Source: a virus
Direction: 5' to 3' (one strand)
Virus record (IMG/VR): IMGVR_UViG_3300031963_000016
Coordinates: 97,712 to 161,711 of that record
Length of the DNA: 64,000 nt
A program made the translations under genes and the position numbers. Positions within the stretch are counted from its first letter, which is position 1. Every line of letters begins with the position of its first letter. The notes beneath the pieces were generated by a model. That model saw nothing but the letters and a program-made list of their open reading frames with translations. It did no database searches and was not told the origin of the DNA. Of the stretch, positions 10,288 to 20,440 are shown in pieces.

Positions 10288-10941
10288 ATGAAACTTATTA
10301 AAGAAGTCACAGAGTCAGTCAAGTTAGTAACAGAATCTAAACTTGGCAAAGGTAAAGAATATTTCATTGAAGGAATCTTTCTTCAATCTGCTATTCAAAA
10401 TCGTAACAAGCGTATGTATCCAGAAGAAGTTATGGATAAAGAGGTTGCTCGTTACATGAAAGAACAGGTTGAAAATAATCGTGCATATGGTGAATTGGGT
10501 CATCCAGATAATCCACAGATTAATCTTGATCGTGTATCACACCTTATCGTCTCTCTACGTAAAGAGGGAACTAATTATATTGGTAAAGCAAAAATTTTAG
10601 AAACACCAATGGGACAAATTGCAAAAGGTCTTTTAGACGGAGGTGCAAATCTCGGAGTTTCTAGTAGAGCACTTGGTTCACTCGTTACAAATAACGAAGG
10701 TGTATCGATTGTTCAAGACGATTTTATGCTGTCTACAGCAGCAGACATCGTTGCTGACCCATCTGCTCCAGACGCTTATGTGCGTGGTATTATGGAGAAT
10801 AAAGAGTGGGTTTTTGTTGATGGAAAGTTTGTGGAAAAACATATCGAGGAAGTCAAACACACAATTCGTAAAACTTCCTCACGAAATCTAGGGGAAGCAC
10901 AGATTCGCGCTTTCCAAGATTTTCTGAGTAAAATCAGATAA
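10288..10941 (+). CDS. gp21: Prohead core protease
   Basis: IEGIFLQ, NRNKRMYP, GELGHP, LGVSSRALGS, ADIVADPSAPDA. Confidence 0.96.
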   Translation: MKLIKEVTESVKLVTESKLGKGKEYFIEGIFLQSAIQNRNKRMYPEEVMDKEVARYMKEQVENNRAYGELGHPDNPQINLDRVSHLIVSLRKEGTNYIGKAKILETPMGQIAKGLLDGGANLGVSSRALGSLVTNNEGVSIVQDDFMLSTAADIVADPSAPDAYVRGIMENKEWVFVDGKFVEKHIEEVKHTIRKTSSRNLGEAQIRAFQDFLSKIR

Positions 10942-10951
10942 ATAATAAATA
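10938..10951 (+). promoter_or_regulatory. Tandem late promoter motifs (ATAAATA x2)
   Basis: Upstream of gp22. Confidence 0.55.
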
Positions 10952-10985
10952 ATTTAATAGAACTATCCAGTTACAGGAGAAAACG

Positions 10986-11969
10986 ATGTCAATCGAACAA
11001 AAAATCGCTGAAATCTTAGCAGAATCTAAAGCAGCTAAACTTGAAGATCAGGTTGCTGATACTGCTGAAGAGATCAAAGAAGAACAAGTTGAAGAGGAAG
11101 CTGTTAAACCTGCTGCTGAAACTCCAAATCCAGACAATGCTAAAAACAATGTTCAGGATGAAAAAGAAGCAGAAGGTGGCACTTCTAAGAAAGAAAACGC
11201 AGCTACTAAAGGTGCAGTTGCAGCAGAACCAAGTCATCTAAAAGGTGTCAAGGAAGATGTTGATGCACTTCTAAATGGCGAAGATCTTTCAGAAGAATTT
11301 AAACAAAAGGCAACTACTATTTTTGAAGCAGCTGTTATGACTCGTGTCAAAGCTGAAGTTGCTCGTTTGGAAGAAGAATTCGAAAGCAAACTTGCTGAGC
11401 AAGTTGCAAAGAATATAGAGGGACTTGTTGAGCAGGTTGATGGATACCTCGGCTACGTAGCCGAGCAGTGGATGACACAGAATGAAATTGCCCTTGAGCG
11501 TGGTATGAAGTCTGAAATTCTTGAGAGTTTCGTAGCTGGTATGAAAGATCTATTTGAAGAGCATTATATTGACGTTCCAGAAGAGCGTTATGATGTGCTT
11601 GGAGAAATGGAATCTAAAATCGAAGAATTAGAAGCAAAACTCAATGAGCAAGTTGCTAATAATATCGAGATGTCTAAAACAATCGCTGAGCAAAAGCGTT
11701 CAGAAATTGTTAAAACAGTTAGCGAAGGTTTGACTGATACAGAAACTGAAAAGTTTAATGCATTAGTTGAAGAGTTAACATACGAAGACGCAGAATCTTT
11801 TGAGACTAAAGTGAAGACTATCCGTGAAAATTATTTCACAAATAAATCAACCGCAGAAGTTAAATCTGTTGTTACTGACACTCCAGTTGAGCAATTAACT
11901 GAAGAGAAGAAAGAGCAAATCGATCCTCAGATGTCAGCATATTTAACAGCACTTAACAAACTTAAATAA
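10986..11969 (+). CDS. gp22: Prohead scaffolding protein
   Basis: Acidic coiled coil, LSEEFKQKATTIFEAAV, VDGYLGYVAEQWM; precedes gp23. Confidence 0.93.
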   Translation: MSIEQKIAEILAESKAAKLEDQVADTAEEIKEEQVEEEAVKPAAETPNPDNAKNNVQDEKEAEGGTSKKENAATKGAVAAEPSHLKGVKEDVDALLNGEDLSEEFKQKATTIFEAAVMTRVKAEVARLEEEFESKLAEQVAKNIEGLVEQVDGYLGYVAEQWMTQNEIALERGMKSEILESFVAGMKDLFEEHYIDVPEERYDVLGEMESKIEELEAKLNEQVANNIEMSKTIAEQKRSEIVKTVSEGLTDTETEKFNALVEELTYEDAESFETKVKTIRENYFTNKSTAEVKSVVTDTPVEQLTEEKKEQIDPQMSAYLTALNKLK

Positions 11970-11982
11970 AAGGAAAAAGAAA

Positions 11983-13281
11983 ATGACAACTCGTCAAGAT
12001 CTAGTTAAAAAATGGGCACCAATCCTCGAGCATGAGGGTGCTGCTCCAATCAAGGACACTTATCGTAAAGAAGTGACTGCAGTTCTCTTGGAAAACCAAG
12101 AGCGTGAAATGCAAAAACAGCGTGAAGCACTTTTCGAAGCTGCTCCAGCAAACGCTGTTGGTTCTTATGCTGACACTGGTGGTTTCGCTAAGTTCGATCC
12201 AGTTCTTATCAGCTTAGTCCGTCGTGCAATGCCACAACTCATTGCTTATGATGTTGCTGGTGTTCAGCCAATGACACAGCCAACTGGTTTAATCTTCGCA
12301 ATGAAGTCTCGTTACACTTCACAAGGTGGTACTGAGGCTCTCTTTAACGAAGCTGATACTGACTTCTCTGGTACTGGCACTCACAGTGGCGTTTATGACT
12401 TCGGTGGTTCTGAGACTACTGGTGCTGGTCTAGCAACTTCCGCAGCTGAGCGTCTTGGTCAAGGTGGTTCTGGTGATGGTTCTTTCAATCAGATGGCATT
12501 TAGCATCGAAAAGACTTCCGTTACTGCTAAGACTCGTGCTCTAAAAGCTGAGTACTCAATCGAATTAGCACAAGATATGAAATCTGTTCATGGTCTTGAT
12601 GCTGAAGGCGAACTAAGCAATATTCTCTCAACTGAGATTCTTGCTGAGATCAATCGTGAAGTTATCCGCACAATCTACAAGACTGCTAAGCCAGGTGCTG
12701 CAGTTGGTACTACTGCTGCTGGTACTTTCGACTTAGATACTGATTCTAATGGTCGTTGGTCTGTTGAGAAGTTTAAGGGTCTAATGTTCCAAATCGAGCG
12801 TGAAGCAAATGCGATTGGTCAGCAGACTCGTCGTGGTCGTGGTAACTTCATCATCACTTCTGCAGACGTTGCTTCTGCATTAGCGATGGCTGGCGTTCTT
12901 GACTACACTCCTGCTCTCCAGGGTAACAGCAGCTTGAACATTGATGACACAAGCACTACTTTTGCTGGTGTTCTAAATGGCAAGTACAAAGTTTATGTTG
13001 ATCCATATACTGCAAACGTATCTGCAACACAATTCTTCGTAGTTGGTTACAAAGGTAGTTCTGCATTTGATGCTGGCTTGTTCTACTGCCCATACGTTCC
13101 TCTACAAATGGTTCGTGCAGTTGATCCAAACAGCTTCCAGCCAAAGATTGGCTTCAAGACTCGTTACGGTCTAGTTGCTAACCCATTCGTCAATCTTGAC
13201 GATGGCACAGCTGGTCAGGACAACCTAACTGCTGATGTAAACTACTACTATCGTCGTGTTAAAGTTACTAACCTAATGTAA
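11983..13281 (+). CDS. gp23: Major capsid protein
   Basis: KWAPILEH, LVRRAMPQLIAYDVAGVQPM, KTRALKAEYSIELAQD, FQPKIGFKTRYG. Confidence 0.98.
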   Translation: MTTRQDLVKKWAPILEHEGAAPIKDTYRKEVTAVLLENQEREMQKQREALFEAAPANAVGSYADTGGFAKFDPVLISLVRRAMPQLIAYDVAGVQPMTQPTGLIFAMKSRYTSQGGTEALFNEADTDFSGTGTHSGVYDFGGSETTGAGLATSAAERLGQGGSGDGSFNQMAFSIEKTSVTAKTRALKAEYSIELAQDMKSVHGLDAEGELSNILSTEILAEINREVIRTIYKTAKPGAAVGTTAAGTFDLDTDSNGRWSVEKFKGLMFQIEREANAIGQQTRRGRGNFIITSADVASALAMAGVLDYTPALQGNSSLNIDDTSTTFAGVLNGKYKVYVDPYTANVSATQFFVVGYKGSSAFDAGLFYCPYVPLQMVRAVDPNSFQPKIGFKTRYGLVANPFVNLDDGTAGQDNLTADVNYYYRRVKVTNLM

Positions 13282-13329
13282 TTATTAGGTTGGTTTCAAT
13301 AAGAAACTGACGATAAGAAGCAGTGTTTT

Positions 13330-13360
13330 GGGGGAGATGAAAATCTCCCCCATTTTATTT
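13330..13360 (+). terminator. Intrinsic terminator after gp23
   Basis: GGGGGAGAT-GAAA-ATCTCCCCC followed by ATTTTATTT. Confidence 0.85.
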
Positions 13361-13363
13361 TGA

Positions 13364-13370
13364 ATAAATA
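13364..13370 (+). promoter_or_regulatory. Late promoter (ATAAATA)
   Basis: Between the terminator and gp3. Confidence 0.55.
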
Positions 13371-13375
13371 ATCTT

Positions 13376-13906
13376 ATGGCTAATATACTTTCATGTCCCA
13401 TTCCATCTAACATTAATCCATTATCACCTAATGGATTCCTGTTTAACATTTTAAAATTACCTAATCTGTCATTCTTTTGTCAGAGCGTTAATCTTCCAGG
13501 TATTACACTTGGTGCACCAGAGTTTGGTAATCCATTTAATGTTGCTCCAATTCCAGGTGAGACATTAACATATGATCAACTATCTGTTCAATTTTTAGTT
13601 GATGAACAAATGGCTAATTATCAATCCATATATAACTGGATCGTTGCTCTTGGTTTTCCAGAATCATATCAACAGTATGTAACATTTGTATCAAACGATA
13701 CAAATAATTATAGTGAACTAGCAAAAAATTATTCTGATGGAACATTACAAATACTAGGTGCTGATAATCTAACAGTTAAAATTGTGCAATTTTATGATAT
13801 GTTTCCTGTGTCTTTAGATTCATTACAATTCGCAGGAACTAATAATGATGTTCAATATCTAATTGGAAACGCAACTTTTCGTTACGGTTACTACAAGTTC
13901 TTGTAA
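13376..13906 (+). CDS. gp3: Tail completion/tube terminator protein
   Basis: NPLSPNGF, FFCQSVNLPGI, PGETLTYDQLSVQFLVDE, NYQSIYNWI. Confidence 0.88.
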   Translation: MANILSCPIPSNINPLSPNGFLFNILKLPNLSFFCQSVNLPGITLGAPEFGNPFNVAPIPGETLTYDQLSVQFLVDEQMANYQSIYNWIVALGFPESYQQYVTFVSNDTNNYSELAKNYSDGTLQILGADNLTVKIVQFYDMFPVSLDSLQFAGTNNDVQYLIGNATFRYGYYKFL

Positions 13907-13913
13907 GACAAAT

Positions 13914-13950
13914 TTGATTTTTTGTAATAGATGGGGTATACTTACCCCAT
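13914..13950 (+). promoter_or_regulatory. Sigma70-like promoter whose -10 lies in an inverted repeat
   Basis: TTGATT(13914)-17 nt-TATACT(13937); ATGGGGTA-TACT-TACCCCAT at 13931-13950. Confidence 0.7.
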
Positions 13951-13968
13951 AACATTTTTGAGGTTATT

Positions 13969-14406
13969 ATGAATATAGAACAATTGCAAGAAATGTGGGA
14001 CAAAGACTGTGAAATTGATGATAATTATCTCGGTGAAAATTCCACAACAACACCTAAGCTACATGCCAAGTATGTAAAAATACTTGTTCAAATTAAACTC
14101 AAGCATACAAAACTCCAATCTGATTATTTGCTTCTTCGTAAAAATAAATTTCGTTTATATCGTGGTGAACTATCTCGTGATGAATTAAAAGATCTTGGAT
14201 GGGAACAGTGGCAAGGAATTAAACCACTGAAAAATGAAATGGACGAATTTTTAAGTGGTGATATAGATTTAGTGAATATTAAAATGAAGATTGATTATCT
14301 TGAAACAATGATTTATTTTCTTGAATCAGTTCTGCAACAGATTAAAGCAAGAGACTGGCAAATTAAAACCGCAGTTGAATGGAAGAAATTTTTAGCAGGA
14401 ATGTAA
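13969..14406 (+). CDS. uvsY: Recombination mediator UvsY
   Basis: WDKDCEID, PKLHAKY, IKARDWQIKTAVEWKKFLAG. Confidence 0.9.
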   Translation: MNIEQLQEMWDKDCEIDDNYLGENSTTTPKLHAKYVKILVQIKLKHTKLQSDYLLLRKNKFRLYRGELSRDELKDLGWEQWQGIKPLKNEMDEFLSGDIDLVNIKMKIDYLETMIYFLESVLQQIKARDWQIKTAVEWKKFLAGM

Positions 14407-15878
14407 TGGTTACAATTGAAAAGTTAGATGATGTTTATATTCGTATCTTTAGTGATCCTAGCATTGAGCAAGAGCTAGCTGATTTTTTTACATATGAATA
14501 TCCAGGAGCAAGATTTACACCACAATATCGTGCAAGATTGTGGGATGGTAAAGTTCGTTTATATGATCAAGTAAGAAAAACATTATACATTGGTCTAATT
14601 CAATATGTTGAACAATTCTGTGAACGTAATGATTACTTACTTACATGGAAAACGGATTTTCAACCAAACAATAATATCACACACGAACAAATTGAAAAAT
14701 ATGTTCTTGATCTAGATCTTCCAAGTAAAATCGAAACTCGTGATTATCAGATTGATGCTATACAAAAAGCAATTAATGACGAACGAACATTACTACTTTC
14801 TCCAACTGGTTCTGGTAAATCTTTTATTATTTACTCTGTAATGCGTTGGCATGTACAACAGGGTCGGAAATGTGTTCTTATCGTACCAACAACTTCTCTA
14901 GTTGAGCAGATGTATTCTGATTTTGAAGATTATTCTTCTGTTAATACTTGGTCGGTTAAAAATCACTGTCAAAAATTATATGCTGGATTCCCAAAAGAAT
15001 TCACTAAAGATGTTTTAATTACTACATGGCAATCTATCTACTTACAACCACGTGCTTGGTTTAAACAGTTTCAAGTTATTTTTGGAGATGAAGCACATCA
15101 GTTTAAGGCTAAATCTTTAACTACTGTTATGGAAAAGATGGATAGCATTCGTTATCGAATTGGAACTACAGGCACACTTGATAATAAAAAAGTACATCGT
15201 TTAGTTTTAGAGGGTATTTTTGGTCCAGTGCACAAAGTGACAACAACGAAAACCCTGATGGACTCTGGAAGATTGTCTAACCTAAATATAATGTGTATCA
15301 TTCTCAAGTACACGGAAGAGATACGCAAGGAACGTAAGAACAATACATATCAAGAGGAAATCGACTGGATCGTTAGTTGCGAAAAACGTAATAAATTTAT
15401 CCGCAACCTTGCAGTCAAATCATCAGGCAATACACTTGTTCTGTTCCAGTTTGTAGAGAAACACGGTAAAATTCTCTACGATATGATTAAAGAAAAGGCA
15501 CATGATACCAGAAAAATTTTCTTTGTGTACGGAGGAACAGAAACTTCTGATCGTGAGTCAATTAGACATATCACAGAGGGAGAAGAAGATGCTATCATCA
15601 TTGCTTCTTTCGGGACATTCTCAACGGGTATCAATATACCTTCGATACAGAATGTTATTTTCGCAAGCCCTTCAAAAAGTAAAATCCGTAATTTACAAAG
15701 TATTGGGCGTGGATTAAGATTAAAAGATGGCAAAACACATTGCAATCTTTTTGATATTGCCGATGATTTACATTGGAAATCTTGGAAAAATCATACATTA
15801 AATCATGCTGCCGAGCGTTACAAAATTTATGCAGAAGAAGAATTTAAAACAAAAATCGTAGAGGTGGATTTATGTTAG
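14406..15878 (+). CDS. uvsW: UvsW RNA-DNA/DNA-DNA helicase
   Basis: WDGKVRL, SPTGSGKS, GDEAH, QSIGRGLR; start at ATG 14406 coupled to the uvsY stop. Confidence 0.95.
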   Translation: MVTIEKLDDVYIRIFSDPSIEQELADFFTYEYPGARFTPQYRARLWDGKVRLYDQVRKTLYIGLIQYVEQFCERNDYLLTWKTDFQPNNNITHEQIEKYVLDLDLPSKIETRDYQIDAIQKAINDERTLLLSPTGSGKSFIIYSVMRWHVQQGRKCVLIVPTTSLVEQMYSDFEDYSSVNTWSVKNHCQKLYAGFPKEFTKDVLITTWQSIYLQPRAWFKQFQVIFGDEAHQFKAKSLTTVMEKMDSIRYRIGTTGTLDNKKVHRLVLEGIFGPVHKVTTTKTLMDSGRLSNLNIMCIILKYTEEIRKERKNNTYQEEIDWIVSCEKRNKFIRNLAVKSSGNTLVLFQFVEKHGKILYDMIKEKAHDTRKIFFVYGGTETSDRESIRHITEGEEDAIIIASFGTFSTGINIPSIQNVIFASPSKSKIRNLQSIGRGLRLKDGKTHCNLFDIADDLHWKSWKNHTLNHAAERYKIYAEEEFKTKIVEVDLC

Positions 15879-16345
15879 ATGGCTCAGAATTTTTTGTAGT
15901 ACTAAAACTCTGTTCAGGTGAACAACTAATGGCTGTCTTAAGACAAGAAGATGAAGATAGGATCTTGTTAGAAACACCTATGGTTATGCGAACAATACCA
16001 GTGTTACATACTGGTAAGGAGCATATTACTGCACATCCATTCTGTCAATTTTCTGATGATAAGATGTTTGTTATTCTTAAAAAAGATGTCATGTTTTGTA
16101 AAAAATTGCATCATCTTTTTATTCCCCATTATATGAGAATTGTAAAAGAACATGAGGAACAGACATCATTTTCTCCAAAACAAAATACAGAAGAACTTCT
16201 TTGGGACGATGAAGAAAACATTACACCAGAAGAAGCAAAAAAGAGAATAGAAATGCTTGCCTCTCTCGTTAACAGCGATGCAGAAGATGAGAAAAAAGAA
16301 GAGAGAAGACAAAACCTTGTGAAAGGTAATGACACAGTACATTAA
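15872..16345 (+). CDS. Conserved T4-like hypothetical (Sm-like fold candidate)
   Basis: LKLCSGEQL motif, also seen in 32358..32651 (FKLISGEEL); usual position between uvsW and gp55. Confidence 0.6.
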   Translation: MLDGSEFFVVLKLCSGEQLMAVLRQEDEDRILLETPMVMRTIPVLHTGKEHITAHPFCQFSDDKMFVILKKDVMFCKKLHHLFIPHYMRIVKEHEEQTSFSPKQNTEELLWDDEENITPEEAKKRIEMLASLVNSDAEDEKKEERRQNLVKGNDTVH

Positions 16346-16369
16346 TCTCTTCAAACCCCAACACCCTGG

Positions 16370-16398
16370 ATTATGCCCCAAGACAAATAAAAAGACAA
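16370..16398 (-). promoter_or_regulatory. Putative antisense (divergent) sigma70-like promoter
   Basis: Minus strand: TTGTCT(16398-16393)-17 nt-CATAAT(16375-16370). Confidence 0.45.
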
Positions 16399-16422
16399 AT
16401 GTATTTTGTAATAAATTAATAT

Positions 16423-16451
16423 TTGTCTTTTTTATTATAATGATGTAGAAT
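16423..16451 (+). promoter_or_regulatory. Sigma70-like promoter for gp55
   Basis: TTGTCT-17 nt-TAGAAT. Confidence 0.7.
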
Positions 16452-16486
16452 TATAACATGTTCAATTGTATGAGGAATTTTTATGT

Positions 16487-17035
16487 ATGGCTCATTATGT
16501 TAATAACGCTGACTTTCTGCAGGCACTAATAGAATATAGAAAAAAGTGTAAAGATGCAGAATCAGAAGGTAATTCAAAACCCATTGTCAGCAACTATATC
16601 GGTGAATGTATTCTTAAGATTGCAACTCATCTTTCTTACAAACCAAATTTTATAAACTATTCTTATCGAGATGATATGATTCTCGATGGAGTGGAAAATT
16701 GCATTCAATACATAGATAATTTCGATCCAAGTAAGTCTAATAATCCTTTTTCTTATTTCACACAGATTATCTACTATGCATTCTTAAGAAGAATTGCTAA
16801 AGAAAAGAAACAATCTTATATCAAAGGCAAGTTAATACAAGATATGCCATTTGATTCTTTTGAATTACAAGATAGCGATGACGACAATGAGTTTCGTAAC
16901 GCATACTTAGATTTTATGCAACAGAATCATACATTTGATGATACATTTATGGAACGTAAAAAAGCCAAACGTAAAAAGAAACAAGTTGATTTAGATGATT
17001 TTTTAGGTGATAATAATGGCGAACTCGATAACTGA
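16487..17035 (+). CDS. gp55: Late-transcription sigma factor
   Basis: HYVNNADFL, YIGECILKIA, NYSYRDDMILDGVENC, NPFSYFTQI. Confidence 0.96.
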   Translation: MAHYVNNADFLQALIEYRKKCKDAESEGNSKPIVSNYIGECILKIATHLSYKPNFINYSYRDDMILDGVENCIQYIDNFDPSKSNNPFSYFTQIIYYAFLRRIAKEKKQSYIKGKLIQDMPFDSFELQDSDDDNEFRNAYLDFMQQNHTFDDTFMERKKAKRKKKQVDLDDFLGDNNGELDN

Positions 17036-18206
17036 TCTTATTAATAGATTGGGCATTTCTGAAGATGATGTTTCATATAAAAAAGCAAGACGCAAAGCAA
17101 GAGCATTAAGGATAAGAAGAGATAAAAGATTTATTAAACGCTGGACTTGGCAAATTGAAGATGGATTTCCAGCAGAACAATTGTTAAAAGGTAATGAGAT
17201 GAGTGATAAGATATTTCTTGGTGTGAGTGATTTTGATGATTTAATTTCATCAGAGGTGCTTCGCCGTAGAACTGAAAATGGATTGACAACTGTACAACGT
17301 GAGACTACTGTTCTTTGTAATCGTGAGACATGGAAGCACTGGGCTGAAGATTATTTCCAGGATTACCTTTACACACAAACATCTTCTTCTGCTGGATTCG
17401 TTATCCAAGAAGAATCTATGCAACTAATTAAATTTGATGTTAATAGCAACTCAACAACTGTTCGTTGTTTTGGTGATGTTGAATGGGCTGAATCTGTTAT
17501 TGATTCTATTGAAAGTAAATTTTCAGTGGTGACATCTTATATCGAATGGATTTATGGTGGTGATGGTAATTCCGTCAATGTTCCATTAAATCGTGATCGT
17601 CTTCCTGTTGAAGAAATGTATCCATTCCTTAAAGGCGAATCTCTTAACGATTATTACGATCGTTACATGGAATCTTCTGCCAACATTCTCCTTCTAATTG
17701 GACCTCCAGGAACTGGTAAGACTACATTTATTCGTGGTTTGTTGGCACATCGTTCATGTTCTGCAATCGTAACATACGATGCAGGTATTCTTGAGAAAGA
17801 TGGTTTCTTCGCTCGCTTTATTGAAGACGATGCAGAAGTTATGGTACTTGAAGATAGCGATGCATTTTTGAAATCTCGTACTGATGGCAATACAATGATG
17901 CATCGTTTCCTTAATGTGGGTGATGGTCTTGTGACAACTAAAGGTAAGAAGATGATTTTCTCTACTAATCTTCCAAGTATTCGTGACATTGACTCTGCTC
18001 TTATTCGTCCAGGAAGATGCTTTGATATTGTTGAATTTAAACCATTGTCTATTAACGACGCTAATAAATTAGCAAACAAACTTAACACTACTATTCCTGA
18101 GAAGAAGGCAGGTGAGGTTGTTGAATATTCTATTGCTGAGATCTTCAATCAGCAAAGTGAACACGCACATACTGCCAAAACAAATAGAAAGGTAGGATTT
18201 ATTTGA
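17016..18206 (+). CDS. AAA+ ATPase (alternative internal start at 17199)
   Basis: Walker A GPPGTGKT, Walker B VMVLEDSD, SRH TNLPSIRDIDSALIRPGR. Confidence 0.85.
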   Translation: MANSITDLINRLGISEDDVSYKKARRKARALRIRRDKRFIKRWTWQIEDGFPAEQLLKGNEMSDKIFLGVSDFDDLISSEVLRRRTENGLTTVQRETTVLCNRETWKHWAEDYFQDYLYTQTSSSAGFVIQEESMQLIKFDVNSNSTTVRCFGDVEWAESVIDSIESKFSVVTSYIEWIYGGDGNSVNVPLNRDRLPVEEMYPFLKGESLNDYYDRYMESSANILLLIGPPGTGKTTFIRGLLAHRSCSAIVTYDAGILEKDGFFARFIEDDAEVMVLEDSDAFLKSRTDGNTMMHRFLNVGDGLVTTKGKKMIFSTNLPSIRDIDSALIRPGRCFDIVEFKPLSINDANKLANKLNTTIPEKKAGEVVEYSIAEIFNQQSEHAHTAKTNRKVGFI

Positions 18207-19258
18207 AAATAGCAATCATAACTGATCAACACTTTGGTGCACGAAATGATAGTATTGCATTTCTAGATTTCTTTCAAAAATTCTATGATAATACTTTCTT
18301 TCCTACACTTGATCATCACAGTATTGACACTGTTCTTATTCTTGGCGATACTTTTGATCGTAGGAAATATGTTAATTTCTATGCGCTCCAACGATCAAAA
18401 GAAATGTTCTTCAACAAACTTTCTGATCGAGGCATTTCTGTTTATATGCTTGCTGGTAATCATGACACTTACTATAAGAATACTAATGATGTAAATTCAC
18501 CAGACCTTCTGTTAAGAGAATATAAAAACATTAAGGTTATAGACAAACCCACAACCATTGATGTTGGTGGGTTTAACATTTGTATGATGCCTTGGATCTG
18601 TCCAGAAAATTATCAAGCATCATTGGATGAATTAGAAACTACAACTGCCGAAATTTGCATGGGACATTTCGAGATCGCAGGATTTGCCATGTATAGAGGA
18701 ATGCAATCTAATGAAGGACTTTCTAAAGAAATATTTGATAAGTTTGATTTGGTTTTTTCTGGTCATTATCATCATAAGTCAGACGATAGTCATATTTACT
18801 ATCTCGGCAATCCCTATGAACTTACTTGGCAAGATTACAAAGACCCTCGAGGATTCCACTTGTTTGATCTCAACAGTCGAGAACTCGGATTCATTAGAAA
18901 TCCGTATACTATGTTTGAAAGAGTCGAATACAACGACAAAGAGCAAGAACCCATCGACCTCGACACAATCGATTTAAATCAAAAATTTGTAAAACTTGTA
19001 GTCGTCAATAAAACTGATTTTTATAAGTTTGATAAATTTATACAAAAGTTGTATAATAAAGGCTCATATGAAATCAAAATTATTGAAGATCTATCAGAGT
19101 TTGAAGATGGTGAGGTCGGTGAAGAGATTAACCTTGAAGATACGTTATCTGTGCTTGCTCATTACATTGACTCGATTGAAACGGATATTGATAAAGAACA
19201 AGTTAAAACATTCATGCGAACACTCTACACAGAAGCAGTAAATGTTGAGGTTGTTTAA
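18203..19258 (+). CDS. gp47: Recombination endonuclease subunit (Mre11/SbcD-like)
   Basis: TDQHFG, LGDTFDRR, GNHD, GHFE, SGHYHH; TTG start. Confidence 0.95.
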   Translation: MKIAIITDQHFGARNDSIAFLDFFQKFYDNTFFPTLDHHSIDTVLILGDTFDRRKYVNFYALQRSKEMFFNKLSDRGISVYMLAGNHDTYYKNTNDVNSPDLLLREYKNIKVIDKPTTIDVGGFNICMMPWICPENYQASLDELETTTAEICMGHFEIAGFAMYRGMQSNEGLSKEIFDKFDLVFSGHYHHKSDDSHIYYLGNPYELTWQDYKDPRGFHLFDLNSRELGFIRNPYTMFERVEYNDKEQEPIDLDTIDLNQKFVKLVVVNKTDFYKFDKFIQKLYNKGSYEIKIIEDLSEFEDGEVGEEINLEDTLSVLAHYIDSIETDIDKEQVKTFMRTLYTEAVNVEVV

Positions 19259-19872
19259 TGATAGATCAAACTACATACACTGTTTACGAAAGTGCAGTTA
19301 GAGATTATATTGATAAACATTGTATAGTTAGAAAAAATATGCCAGGAAAATATCCTGGACAAAAATACACTTGGATGTTTTATCTAAGAAATGGATTGTT
19401 TAATCCAGTGTTTCTACATTATGTTAGTGAAATGATGTTATATAAATTGCATCAAGAATTAAAAACTTTCCACTTTCAGATTTGTGGAGCTGAGACAGCA
19501 GGAACACCACTTGCTGCCTCAATACCTTTAATAGCATATTCTCATAAAATAGAAATGTCTGGATTTGTTGTCAGAAAAGATCAGAAAACTTATGGTCTAA
19601 AAAATTGGCATGAAGGTATGGCATTTAAAGATGTTCCGTATGTATTAGTAGATGATCTCTGTAATTCTTCAAAATCTTTAAAACATTCTGATACTGTTTG
19701 CAAAGCACTTGGTTTGACACCAACAAACATTGCTATTGTTGTAGTTAATAAAGTAAATAAAAATGTTCATGAAGAAAAACGTGCTAAAACAGATATGTAT
19801 CTACCAAAGGAATATAAGGTTATTTCTTTATTCGACTTAGATTCTTTTAATCTATCTAACCCATCGCATTAA
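19258..19872 (+). CDS. Type I phosphoribosyltransferase (orotate-PRT-like)
   Basis: GAETAGTPLA, VVRKDQKTYG, PRPP loop VLVDDLCNSSKS. Confidence 0.7.
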   Translation: MIDQTTYTVYESAVRDYIDKHCIVRKNMPGKYPGQKYTWMFYLRNGLFNPVFLHYVSEMMLYKLHQELKTFHFQICGAETAGTPLAASIPLIAYSHKIEMSGFVVRKDQKTYGLKNWHEGMAFKDVPYVLVDDLCNSSKSLKHSDTVCKALGLTPTNIAIVVVNKVNKNVHEEKRAKTDMYLPKEYKVISLFDLDSFNLSNPSH

Positions 19873-19890
19873 TGTGAAATGGAAGGCTAA

Positions 19891-20403
19891 ATGAATAATT
19901 ATGAAAAACACGCTCGTGAAGAATTCCGAGCAGCAGGTTGGGTAAACGAAAACGGAGAATTCACTGATGAGATGCAGGGGATGATTTGTGAACATGTTCT
20001 GAAATTGTTGGAAGTTTTTGAAGGTGAGGGGCACTCTGGCTCTTCTGCACCATATGCTATTAATCTATTCTCAAGACTAGCGAAGTTTGAACCGATCGCT
20101 CCATTAACTGGTGAAGACTGGGAGTGGAGCGATACTGGGCATGATGTTTATCAGAACAAGCGAGCATCCCATGTATTCAAGGATAAAGCCACTGGTGAAT
20201 GCTACGACATCGATGGTAAAGTGTTTTGGGAGTGGGCTAAGTCCTATGATACAGGTGAACCATTCAAGTCATACTATACCTGTAGAGAATCACGAGTACC
20301 AGTGACTTTCCCATACACTGTACCGAAAGAACCAGAGTATGTATATCGCTACTCTGATGCCGAGCCACCAGCACCTCCACAAACTGAAGCTGGGTTTATT
20401 TAA
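19891..20403 (+). CDS. Hypothetical protein
   Basis: 170-aa ORF with SD; EGHSGSSA motif. Confidence 0.75.
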   Translation: MNNYEKHAREEFRAAGWVNENGEFTDEMQGMICEHVLKLLEVFEGEGHSGSSAPYAINLFSRLAKFEPIAPLTGEDWEWSDTGHDVYQNKRASHVFKDKATGECYDIDGKVFWEWAKSYDTGEPFKSYYTCRESRVPVTFPYTVPKEPEYVYRYSDAEPPAPPQTEAGFI

Positions 20404-20440
20404 TGATTGTATTTAATAACCCACAATAGAAAAATGAAAA

